The notes under the pieces: generated by a model
What the model saw: only the letters and a program-made list of their open reading frames with translations
What the model was told of the DNA's origin: nothing
Database searches by the model: none
Made by a program: the position numbers and the translations under genes
In this document: positions 26,501 to 38,632 of the stretch, one piece after another
Numbering within the stretch: the first letter of the stretch is position 1
Layout of the letters: every line of letters starts with the position of its first letter
Assembly: GCF_000150275.1 (NCBI RefSeq)
Contig: NW_002060953.1
Location: 481,432 to 545,431, forward strand
DNA length: 64,000 nt
Direction: 5' to 3'
From: Trichoplax adhaerens
Lineage: Eukaryota; Animalia; Placozoa

Positions 26501-28335
26501 CTTGCAACGCTGTACAAATAAATTTCCACTTTCACTTTGCTGTCCTCATATTACGTGTAATTGTAAGCTTGGTATTACCAAGTTTCGCTTTGGTTTATTA
26601 AAATGCAAAATCATAGGTCAGACATTAACATCGAAAATTCTGGTTCATTTGGATGCATTAATGATATTAGACTTGCATTTACCAGTTGACACAATCTTAT
26701 TAATGCAGTAAGGAGTCGCCTTGAAAGTGCATTGTATTTTAAAAAGTATAATTACTTTTGCATGCTGCATGGTTTAATATTATTCTGCTTCTAGGGTAAG
26801 CTAGAATTATAGACACTATGCTTCTTGACTACCAGTACATGCGAGCTATTGCGTTCATAGCTCAAATTATTATAAAAACTGAGAGCTGATTGCCCCTTAT
26901 CCCCTAATACTGTGTTTACTGCACTAGAAATGTGGAATAGTGGTTTGTAATCCTTACTGTCTATACCGAACCCATTTCTCTAGTGTTTCATTGGATGGAA
27001 GCATTTCTAAGTTTCTATCATTCGGCGTCTTTTCGTAGCTTCAATACTTTCGTAAACATCGATAATAAGAGTATCGCCCCCCCCCCAAAAAAAAAAGATC
27101 TAGAATATGTCTTCAATTTCTATCGCATTTCACCTTACCACACTTGCAGTAGATGCTCTATTAAAGAATACGTATCTGCATCGACATATATCTATACAAA
27201 CTTATATAGAAACTTGGGCAGTCTTACAATCAATCCTGTAAATTATGATTTTATGTAGGACTGTATTACTATACATTATCTGACGATCTTTTCTTTTTCG
27301 TACAACTCATAATAATTATCAATGCTTGACGTAAGTCATAATTTTGTATATACGGTATATAAATTGGCTATTTCAACATCTTATCCTCAACGCCGCTAGC
27401 CGATACTAATAATAATTATAATTTATAAGGGCCCAGGTTTAGTATCAACTTTTATTTATCCATCAATTCATTGTTATATACTGTAGACATAGACTGGGTT
27501 AATCGCGATATTGCCTTTTGCATTTCTACAATATTAAATGCATTGATGTTTTTTTGGATAAGTTTATTTGTTCCCAGTTGACACCGAGAATGAAAATTAA
27601 TAATCAAGCATAACACAATCCGCAGGCTAGTGCTGTACAACTGTAAATACGGTACAGTTTTTTAAACGAGCGATTTGCTAATGGTATTCACTTAATAGGA
27701 GAGCATTAAGAGTATTGCTATTTTCCTTCTTGAGTCGGTATGGACTATGGAAATATTTATTGGTGAAAGTATTGTTGCCTAGCAATAAATGCACCTAACC
27801 GATACAGGTTCTAGTAATAGTAATGATTAGCTAGTTCATGTATTCCTACCTGCCAAAATCGATTAGAGTAACTAGCTAGTAGCGGGCGCCAATAGTATAT
27901 TGTAGAATCCTACTGGATTCATTTTTGGAGATGAATACTGTACATACTCTTGTAAAAAGAGCATAGCGCTGCAGTTATCGTCGAATCATGATTGCCGTTT
28001 TATACTATGATCTAATATTGTTCGGCATTTGTGAATATACCGTGGGTAAATTGCTAGCTTTGTTTAACTGGACTCGTATAACGGTATAGTAAGAACGATC
28101 ACATTTAGTTCAAAACTCTAGCTCTACTGGACTCGTCTGGAGATTTGTAGCTAGTCTTGCTTGCTGCAAACTACGTTGAAGGTTTTCTATGATGCTCTCT
28201 CAGTACTAGACATGTTGCTAATACAGCCGTACTTTCTTCCATCCTTCATCTCATTATACGAGAAATAATAATATAATTCGATCGATAGGACTAAATACTG
28301 TACAACAATATCAACTCGCACTTTCACAACTCTTA
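20553..28335. repeat. Tandem segmental duplication B, unit 2 (contains GPCR 23197-24306)
   Basis: Colinear with 11415-20330 with several indels. Confidence 0.92.
23197..24306 (-). CDS. Intronless class A GPCR, 369 aa, orphan
   Basis: Same motifs as 14535-15650, with long identical stretches (e.g. HSGNDTFQANRKRKISVIKMIAIATTLYMLTSFPFAAILLASALK). Confidence 0.95.
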   Translation of the reverse strand: MFPLDNYIDNVSMVNQSNIDVIQDGNSSEIFKIFGISLISLFGIVSNIFISYTIIKKKLCNSSVYCIIFNMCISDMITLIALLISTIVDSEDFKEILSIIFREIVCKLSKFIITMSYTVSTLFLAILAVDRYFIIVNNRKGLPLLKGKRQINITITCVWIYSAIVGGPILHLMHIQRDNQSTCDVKHYSDSYNIPYFLSVIIINYLLPLTVMIITYSKIVFHLKISVVPKRDHSGNDTFQANRKRKISVIKMIAIATTLYMLTSFPFAAILLASALKRMSLSQLRKSFSPGIATLINIGFTLTAVSCVENPIIYLIFNSTLRSGLPKCCCKYCNGYQHRANAKVIHVNPLLSNFNTKVQSTHNTNSTIN

Positions 28336-29210
28336 TTGGTAGAGAAGCCGATGCGGGGTAAAGCTAGTCAATCAATACTCTAGCTCTAGTCGACTCGTTT
28401 AGAGATTTCTAGCCTATCGTCTTTGTTATAAAATAGGTTTCTTTACAGGAGTAGCCGCAATACAACTCTCATTGGCCGCAAAGCCTATGCAGGTTAAGCT
28501 AGTCAATCAAGACTCTAGCTCTAGTCGACTCGTTTAGAGATTTCTAGCCAATCGTCTTTGTTATAAAATAGGTTTCTTTAAGGATTAGTGCCGCAATACA
28601 ACTCTCATTGGCCGCAAAGCCTATGCAGGTTAAGCTAGTCAATCAAGACTCTAGCTCTACTCGGCTCGTTTAGAGACTTGTAGCCAATCGTTTTTGTTAT
28701 ACGCGTAAAGTAGATTTTTTTAGGACTAAACGCAACAACACAAGTCTCATTGGTGGAGAAGCCTAAGCAGGTTAAGCTAGTCAATCAATACTGTAGTCTA
28801 CTCGACTCGTTTAGAGATTTATAGCCAATCTTTCTTGTTGTAAAGTATGTTTCTTTCGGACTAAGTGCAACAACACAATTGTCCTTGGTCGAGTAGCCTA
28901 TACGGGTTAAGCTAGTCAATCAGTACTCTAGCTCTACTCGACTCGTTTGGAAATTTCTAAGCAATCTTTCTTGTTGTAAAGTAGGTTTCTTTAGGACTAA
29001 GCACAATCACATCGACTATTACAACTGCCATTGGTAGAGAAGCCTATGCAGGTAAAGCTAGTGAATCAATACTCTAGTTCCACAAGACTCGTTTGGAGAT
29101 TTCTAGCCAATTTTCCTTGTTATAAAGTAGAAGGTTTCTATGGTCCTCTCTTGATGTTGGATGTATTCGTATAGCATTGCTAATGCTATACGGGTTAAAC
29201 TAGTAAATCA
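28325..29210. repeat. Tandem repeat, ~6 units of 135-146 bp
   Basis: Anchor 'aagctagtcaatca' (or variant) at 28361, 28496, 28632, 28774, 28909, 29055, with a degenerate copy at ~29197. Confidence 0.95.
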
Positions 29211-29992
29211 ACGATAATATCATTCAAGGAAAAAAATCCATTCACTGCATCACTCTGTTTTAGATTGCAAGGAGAATTCACTTTGCTAACTTGGGTACTG
29301 TACTGTATATAGAATACTGGACACTAATGTGATAGCCTCTGTTTGCTTGAAAGTACGGCACCATCTTTGATATGAGACCTCTTTTGTACTGTATAATCAA
29401 TTTTGTCTAGAGATTGATATTTTGTTATGGATACTCCTGAATTATTAAAGCGTAATTCTATCTACACATATCCAATATTTAGCTTCAATGCCGTATGCTG
29501 TTGTAAAATACTCTACTTGTAGGTTGGTTTTCGTTGTCATTTTTTCTCCATTTTGGAATATGTGAGCGGGAAATGACAATCCTTACAGTGTATAGTACTG
29601 CGGTACTGTCGATGTTACACTGTAGACGAAAAGGAGTAGCACTGTCGAGATGCTCATGAGCTCCTCCACATCAGTAGACTTTGTATGGTTGTCATCGATC
29701 GCACGACTGTCTTATATGTAGTATGTGCAGCACCAACGCCGTTCTTCACTTCATACTGTACAGAATACAGTGCGTATCCTCCTATTTTGTCCCTTTCGGG
29801 CAATGTTTTTCTTTCAAAATACAGTAAAGCTATCCTAGAATGATATATTACGTTGATGGAGAGATTGTGAAAGATCTCAATTTAGTCAAGTTGGAAAGTT
29901 AACCTTGCTCTGAAGTTCATCAATAATGGAAGGATCACTGACCGTTACTGTATAGTGTACTGTGCACTGTACAGTGTACACTGTAGAAAAAT

Positions 29993-30316
29993 GCCTGGAT
30001 CTGCAACGCCCTTGGACGGATAGACATCGGACCTCCTTGAATCAATCCATGGTGTCCCAACACTTGATCTTACTTTAGTATGCAGACAGTCGGACTGATT
30101 TTTTTTTCTAAATTAAGTCATATTCCATCGGCTGTTACAAATAAAGCTCTGCTTCAAAGCAGTCAATTAACATCCTCAATGTTATTCCCATGAAGACGCG
30201 TGATTTTGAAAAGAGACACGCAAGATCTAGACTGGAAGTCACTATTTTTTCCCCCATTTTCTGCCTGATCTGCTGGGAAAAATCCGTCCATCCGGGAGGG
30301 CGTTGCAGGCCCAGGC
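29993..30316. repeat. Imperfect ~30-bp inverted repeat enclosing ~260 bp
   Basis: Left arm gcctggatctgcaacgccct-tggacggat (29993-30021); reverse complement of 30282-30316 is gcctgggcctgcaacgccct-cccgga-tggacggat. Confidence 0.75.
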
Positions 30317-30814
30317 CGTTGTTTCCACTCCATGACTACAGGACAATGTCCATACATAATACAGTATAAAACGTGCAGTAGGTCCAACGGTACAGTATAG
30401 TACAGTGTGAAAAGCAGTGTCAAAGCAGGCACGCCGCAAAAGTTCAACGGGGCTACGCCATCAAAACCACAGGGGCAAGAAAAGGTCTTGAAAGGTAAAT
30501 TGAACATTTCTCTTTGCTTGTTTACAATTGCTTGCAAGCCATAGTTGGATCATGGCAGTTGTTGATCGTGGATTGGGTGCTCAAATTGATCGTGTAGCCA
30601 TCAGGGAATCTCGATCAGCAGCATCCTTCAAGTCTTGTTAGGCCGTAGTCGAACAGTCGTGTTGGTCATGTTGACACGAGTCTTGTCGGGCTTGGAAAAA
30701 AAACACTTCTTTTGGCAACCCATGCAGGTCTCGATTATCCACAATGTTAAAACAGTTTGACTCTTGACTTTGATGAGGATGATGATAGTCGATTTATCCA
30801 TAGGTGGATGCCTT

Positions 30815-32700
30815 CTCTAGTATCGTGAGCTTACTATCCTTGGGTACAACCAGTCAACAACAACGCATGATACTGTACTCAGTACAAGGCGACAACAGTC
30901 GTCGTTGTTCAACAGTTGCTTCTCTTTTTCTTTCTGACTTGACAACCAATACGAGCAGTAGGTACATGTAGTCTTGACGTCCACTTTGACAGTATGGCTG
31001 GTGCATCGCATGTTGTTTTGAATGGATTGTCCACAAGTTTTACAGTCGGCATAATAGTAATATTGCATTAACAGTATCAGGCGCTTTTTCAATATCTTCT
31101 CCAATAGCTAGAGGTTACTATCCTTCGATAGAACCAATCGAGAACAACGCATGATGCAGTATCAATCGACACCATTGAAGCAGAGTTGCTTTTCTGGAGT
31201 TGCTTCTTTTGACTTCTTCTTACCTACAGTATGGCTGATGCATCACTTGTTGTGAATGGATTGTCTACAAGTTTTACCGTCAGCGGAACTATAATATTGC
31301 GTTAACAGTATCATGCACTTTTTTAAGGTCTTCTCCAATAGCCAGAGGTTACTATCCTTCGATAGAACCAATCTAGAACAACGCATGATACAGTATAAAT
31401 CGACACCATTGAAGCAGAGTTGCTTTTCTTGAGTTACTTCTCTTGACTTCTTCTTTCCGACTTTCGAGCCAATCGTACCTACAGTATGGCTGGTGCATCG
31501 CTTGTTGTGAATGGATTGTCCACAAGTTTTACCGTCAGCTTAACAGTAATATTACGTTAACAGTATCATGCACTTTTTCAATGTCTTCTCCAATAGCTTG
31601 AGGTTACTATCCTTCGATAGAACCAATCTAGAACAACGCATGATGCAGTATAAATCGACACCATTGAAGCAGAGTTGCTTTTCTGGAGTTGCTTCTTTTG
31701 ACTTCTTCTTTCCGACTTTCGAGCCAATCGTACCTACAGTATGGCTGGTGCATCGCTTGTTGTGAATGGATTGTCCACAAGTTTTACCGTCAGCTTAACA
31801 GTAATATTGCGTTAACAGTATCATGCACTTTTTTAAGGTCTTCTCCAATAGCTAGAGGTTACTATCCTTCGATAGAACCAATCGAGAACAACGCATGATG
31901 CAGTATAAATCGACAACATTGAAGCAGAGTTGCTTTTCTGGAGTTGCTTCTTTTGACTTCTTCTTACCTACAGTATGGCTGATGCATCACTTGTTGTGAA
32001 TGGATTGTCCACAAGTTTTACAGTCAGCGTAACTGTTATATTGCGTTAACAGTATCATGCACTTTTTTAAGGTCTTCTCCAATAGCCAGAGGTTACTATC
32101 CTTCGATAGAACCAATCGAGAACAACGCATGATGCAGTATAAATCGACACCATTGAAGCAGAGTTGCTTCTTTTGACTTCTTCTTACCTACAGTATGGCT
32201 GATGCATCACTTGTTGTGAATGGATTGTCCACAAGTTTTACAGTCGGCATAACAGTAATATTGCATTAACAGTATCATGCACTTTTTCAAGGTCTTCTCC
32301 AATAGCTAGAGGTTACTATCCTTCGATAGAACCAATCTAGAACAACGCATGATGCAGTATAAATCGACAACATTGAAGCAGAGTTGCTTTTCTGGAGTTG
32401 CTTCTCTTGACTTCTTCTTACCTACAGTATGGCTGATGCATCACTTGTTGTGAATGGATTGTCCACAAGTTTTACAGTCGGCATAATAGTAATATTGCAT
32501 TAACAGTATCATGCACTTTTTCAAGGTCTTCTCCAATAGCTTGAGGTTACTATCCTTCGATAGAACCAATCTAGAACAACGCATGATACAGTATAAATCG
32601 ACACCATTGAAGCAGAGTTGCTTTTCTGGAGTTGCTTCTTTTGACTTCTTTCGGACTTTGGAGGCCAATCGTATCGACAGTATGGGCTGGTGCATAACTT
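30815..32700. repeat. Tandem repeat, ~8 units of 220-255 bp
   Basis: Anchor 'ttctccaatagc' at 31097, 31331, 31586, 31841, 32075, 32295, 32529 (periods 234, 255, 255, 234, 220, 234), plus a diverged leftmost unit. Confidence 0.97.
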
Positions 32701-34006
32701 GTTTGGAATGTGTTGTAACATCATTTCTGAATGAGTTGATTTGACCAACGTTGAATCTAGTCTACTCTGACCACTATGCACCCATTTTCCACTTGAGCAG
32801 TTGCGCCCATACTCGTTTACCAAACGCTGATAGCTTACAGTAGTAGTATGGGAGAGGATGGAGTGTTGTAGCAGTTCTACTCCACAAGTGAAGGAAGTTC
32901 TGCCATCCTTCTCCTAGAAGAACAATCTGCATCAAAATGAGATTGCGATCATGATTGCTATCGTCGATTAAATGGCTCATCTAGTGTTGTCGTTAAGTTA
33001 AACCGGTAAGTAAAGTAGAGACAATCGATCGTAGAAGGTAATATTGCTTGTCGAGTAGCAAACGTGTTGTTGTCTGTCTATTTTCATCGTTGACGGTCGA
33101 GGTAATCCTCCGGATGGGGTAGCATTCTAGGCGAGTAGTTTTCGATCAAACTCTAGGCGTTATGATGACGATGATAATAGTTTCTGACAACAGATGGCTT
33201 ATTATTATTATAATGATACAGTATTGATAGGGTAGGTAATAGGATGTTAACTTACCCTGATATCATTACTTTCATTTTGATCTATATTGCATCGGATATC
33301 ATATCCTGCAATGTTGTGGTTAGCGTTCAACATTAGTCATTGATTTATCAGCAGGTCTTGTAGTATATCGCTACTTAAATGACTATGGTGAACTAGTTAA
33401 ATGTAGAGGATGGTCTCCATTGCAAAGGAGTGATCGATATTCAGTCCTAAATTGGAATCAATCTGTCAAATTGCCAACATCGGTCAGGTCCTCCTACCCC
33501 AAAAAATCCATTTTATATAGTTGATTCAATCTAGGACAGTGGCAATCGAAGATTGACGATAGTGTTGCAACGCTTGGTACTTGAATCATTATAGTCAACT
33601 AGTGGAGTATAGAGGCCACATTTCAAAAGAGTGATTGATAGATTAGATTCTAAGTTGGAATCAATCCGCTACATTGCTACTACTACGTTTATCGTCTCGA
33701 TCGATGTATACCAGACGTTCTTTCTACGTCCTACAGGCACAATCTGTAGTAAGGCAGTCCATTTTGTTTGTGTCCAAGGGGACATGGCGTGTTGAAAATC
33801 TTATGCGCTACTATAGGATAAGATTTTATCAGAATCACTTTGAACCGACTGTATATCATCCCTCTCTATTTTGGATGTCACATATCTCATTCTGCTTGAA
33901 AGGATGGTCAATTACTTGCTGCCGTTGATATAGTTTTGCCACGGAATGAAACTTCATTCTTTAGTGCGCGCTGTTGTACCCAATATTCAAATCCTACAAA
34001 ACTACT

Positions 34007-34378
34007 TGTTAGAGCATTGAATGCATGTAGGATTTGCAATCTTCAAGAATCTTGATATTACATGAATACAGTAGTCATGTAAGATAGGAAATTTTTCATC
34101 AGTATACTGTGGCAGGATAGACAAGGCTTGCAAGCTCTTGTACTTATTTTCATAAGCTATTTGCGTGCTCATGTTAAACGGTACTGCCAGCATGTGTTAG
34201 AGCACTGAAAGCGTGTAGGATTTGCAATGTTCAAGAATCTTGATATTACATGAATACAGTAGTCATGTAAGATTGGAAATTTTTTCATCAGCATACTTTG
34301 GCAGGATAGACAAGGCTTGCAAAGTGTTGTACTTATTTTCATAGGCTATTTGCATGCTCATGTTAAACGGTACTGCCA
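34007..34378. repeat. Tandem duplication, 2 x ~188 bp
   Basis: 'tgttagagca...ggtactgcca' starts at 34007 and at 34195. Confidence 0.95.
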
Positions 34379-35176
34379 TCAAGTTCTATGTTAGCTATGG
34401 AGTCTAATCTGCTAAGAATGTCTATTCTAGATGATTCTACATGATTATACTGGGAATTAGTCAAATAATTCAATTATTTATTGATTTTAGATGATTGCTA
34501 ATGCAATTCTGTATTCATAATGTTAGAGAACTAAAGTGCGTAAGTACGTAACGTATTAGTTAGACTTGGAAAGGCATTAATCCCACATCGCTAATACACT
34601 CAACCATTGCTATAAGATCTCGCTTACCTCAGTCCGATTAAATTTGATCTTTTTGCTAAAGTTAGCAAAATACTATCCTATCTCACAGCAAAGATAACCG
34701 ATATCTATACTCGTATATATAGCCTTCATCATTCCAAATTTCATTGAACCGCTATGCAAGACATGCACAATGTTGCTAACGCCAACTTTGCTTACGTATA
34801 ACTCTGACAAAGTTATGTCCTAGTGACATAGGGTATCTTACAGTAAGTACATACGAGTGTTAGCGTGGATTACACTTTGAGAGTAATTTTGCCTTTTAAT
34901 TCTTGTAGACAGAAGAATAGGTAATTCTTGCCAGGTCATTTATGGTGCCTGGGCTAGGACCTTGCTATCATAATGGTTACTGTATGAGTGAGAAGAGATA
35001 TACCGACGCATTCTTGCTCAAGTTTTTTCTACTATCAACTATCACCGAACGAAGAAGCCTACGCAACTTCTAATCTTGTAGCAGTTGCAAACTATTTTAT
35101 TGCATATGTTGCGATTGGTGTACACATTTTTACAAAGCTAAGGGATCTTGATGATCAATACCATTTATACTACGTA

Positions 35177-38100
35177 ATGAATTCAGTTGCAGACTCTTTA
35201 TCCGCGACTGTAGCCGTCGCTACCAATTCTTTGGTAAAGCCATTCAGTGTGCATCAAGAAAATAATGATAGTAATGTTATTACTGTCGATACAGGTACTA
35301 TACAAGTCAAATACTTTCTATAGCTTTACAAATTATAAATATTGATATTTTTAAAGCTCATTATGATGTGCATTAAAATATTCTTTTTTTATAATGCATT
35401 GGTTAAAGCTATTGATACCTGCATCCCATCCAATCAAACATATAACTTCAACGCCTCTATCAATAGCTACAGTCCCAGTGAATTAGATATGGCTTCTACA
35501 ACTGGCACAAATGACTCCTCCATTTTCAATCGCTCCCAATATAAAAATCATCGCCATGGTGTTGTTGATACCCTTGCTACCATGAGTAATATGGAATCAT
35601 CAACGATGCCGTGCGAAATCAACCATGGAAATGTTGTTACTCTAGTGCAAGATCGAAATGGGGATTATCCTAGAAGTCAAGATAACTGTAACAAAGAATA
35701 TTCTATCAACGATTCAGCTAGCAACGATATGGAGCCCAGCCCGTCCTCAAGTAGTAGCACCAGCAGAGATTACAAAAAATTAAGACCTAACAGTAGTAGA
35801 TCACGTAGAGACTACAAGTGTAATATTTGCAATGAGGTATTTAGTAAATCATCCTTGCTAAAGCTGCATTCACTGCAACATACTGGAGAGCGAGCTTTTA
35901 AGGTTTACTTTAGTCCTACTTTTTACTCTTTTTACACGTATACTGTACAGAATATTAAAATTTCCTGCGTGATTTCCTTGAGATTTGAGTGTTGACGGCA
36001 TTTTATGTATTATTGCTAGTGTCCTTATCCAGATTGTGGCTGGTCATTTACCACAACTTACAAGTTGAAGAGGCACATTAGGGGACATACTGGGGAAAAG
36101 CCCTTTATGGTATTATATTTTTAATCATGCACATCTTATTGTGATTTATGATCATGTCTGCCAGGAACTTCTAGAAAAATTCCTTTATCTACTATTGGAT
36201 TAGTTTTTAAATTTCAGTTTACGAATAATAACTTTTAAATGTCTTATGTCTATAGTAAGCAAAATTTCTGAACGAGATTGATTTCAATATTCCATCTTTA
36301 ATATTAACTGACTTTACTGGAAATACGCGTATGCATGCTCCGTGAAGTAATAGTATTTTTTTCTTTAGTGTACTATCGATGGATGCAATAAACATTTCAC
36401 CACTGCGTACAACCTTAAAACTCATCAGCGTAGCCATTTTAAAACTAATACCTTGCAATGTACCGTGGATGGATGTACGGCATCATTTCAGACATTGCAA
36501 AAATTAAAGTCTCACGAACGCAAATATCATTGTAATGGCTCCAAAGCATACAAGTTAGTCAAATTTAATCAATTCTTATAGAATAGAAGTAGATTGCTTT
36601 CTCGAACTATTTAATGTACGATTATTAGCTCAAATTTTAATGTCTTTTATTTCTAATTCACAAGGATTGTGTCTTTGAATCACTAGATGGTGTAGATTGC
36701 TGAGCTTGATTACATGTTTGCTGTTTAAAAATTTAGGTGCGATGTTAATGGTTGCGGAAAAGAATTTAATGGTATGAACAACTTAACCCTCCACAGTCGC
36801 TCGCACAGTATAACAAAAGTCCATCCGTGCACTTTCCCTGGATGTTCCAAGCAATTCACGAAAGCTTCAAAATTGTCCATACATATGCGTTCTCACACTG
36901 GAGAGCGACCTTTCAAATGTCCTGAAGATGTAGGTGTATTTGTAAAGTAAATGTATTATGATTCTATCACACTAAAGGGGAGTTAGTTACATTAGAAATG
37001 CAATCTTATTGAACACTAATGGCTATTATTATTTACATCTTAATGGTTAATTAATTATTTAGGGATGCAACTGGTCATTTACCAGTCCTTATAAGTTGAA
37101 ACGTCACCAACGAAAACATACTGGTGAACGTCCGTATGAGTGTACTTACACCGATTGTCATAAAGCCTTTACTCGTTCTAGCCATTTGAAAACGCACATG
37201 TTGGCTCATACTGGTGATAAACCTTACAAATGCTTGGCTACTGGATGCGACAAAGCATTTACGGCCAGTAGTAGCTTAAATGTTCATAAGCGTAAGCATA
37301 CTGGAGAAAAGCCATATAGATGTAATTCTGATGGTTGTATGAAGGCTTACACAACTGGAGCAAATTTGAGACTACATCAGAAACGTGATCATGACACTGT
37401 GATGATTTCGTCGCAAGGTAAGTAATCTGTGATTCTATCAAAGTTTGACATTTGACGTACGTTAAACATTATGTATTTGTTCTGTTTTTGGAAATAGACC
37501 AACATATGCAAATAGATTCGGCTTCATCGCAATACGAAAGAATTGAACCGTTGGTTACAGATTCTGAATCTGATGGTGCTGCTCGAAACGATTACAGGAG
37601 ATTTTCTGCCTCTGATTTCAACCCTGCAGATGTCACAGCTCTTAGTGAAGCCTTAGATAAAGATTTCGGTAGTGATGAGGATACCCAAACTACTGAAAGT
37701 CAAGGTCAGATTTCTTGTAAGAATAGTAACGAAATAGATCATGATGGAGAATTTAACGAGACTGCTGTAGTAACTTCAGGTACCGTTATTAACCACTACC
37801 ACTAATATCGCAAGCGTTGACAAATTAGCAATGTGTTATTCGTTTTTAATATGCCTCGTTTAATCTTACGCTAGGTTATAACGATGAAGTTTCTGGATTT
37901 GTTATGAGTGACGATAGTGAATCATCCGGTGTCGATCATTTTGCAAATTTCCAACCTGTTTCAAGTGCTCCAGTTATAGATCATCATGTTTCAACAAGTT
38001 CTAATTTAGGCGTTAATGAGTATGCTGATGCAGCACCTACGGGCTACAATGTACGAACTCATGGAAATTTTGCAACTAATGGGCTTCACTATCATGCCGT

Positions 38101-38632
38101 TAGCGACTTTACTAACAACGGTAGCGAATTGCATGCCAATGACGTATCTGGAAAGGAATACGGACAGAATACAATGATGAAATCACAATCTAATGCGGAC
38201 TATTGTTCACGCACAAGTATTATTAGATCTGCTATCAATCCAAATAATTATGGCGAATATATTGAAGTGGACATGTTAAGTGAACCTCAACCAAACGATA
38301 GTGTTATGCAAGGGAGCCAGGAAATGACATCTGAGCAGATGCTACAGACACTACGTCCTAGTTGTGAAAATTTAAGTTTTCGTTCCCAAAGTAATCATTT
38401 ATCATATGCTACCGGCGATGATACTTTGAATGCCTTCAATTCTGAAACTGATATAGCAAATGCAGATGAAATGCTACTCTTAGATGAACATCGACGGCGA
38501 GCCAACGCTGTGTCCAATGATGGAAATCCGGAATTCAATGCTGTCTCTGCTCATTACGTATGTGATAGTGGCAGCGATGTTGATGAGCGTCGATTTTCTA
38601 CTAGTACCGTAAATCTCAGAGATTTAAACTAG
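35177..38632 (+). CDS. ZXDC: ZXD-family transcription factor with 10 C2H2 fingers (multi-exon; start uncertain)
   Basis: In-frame GT-AG exons ~35177-35294, 35409-35902, 36020-36109, 36369-36553, 36737-36929, 37063-37417, 37498-37779, 37875-38632. Finger sequences [53 protein letters not shown] and the C-terminal STVNLRDLN resemble ZXDA/B/C as recalled (ZXDC ends STINLQDLQ). Confidence 0.85.

Noticed and set aside
28325-32700. Tandem arrays as CRISPR-like arrays
   Set aside because: Whole units are repeated with no unique spacers, the context is eukaryotic, and there are no cas genes.
553-34193. Numerous 60-125-aa ORFs in the intergenic and repeat regions
   Set aside because: No recognisable domains, many have non-ATG starts, and frames are not preserved between duplicated copies.
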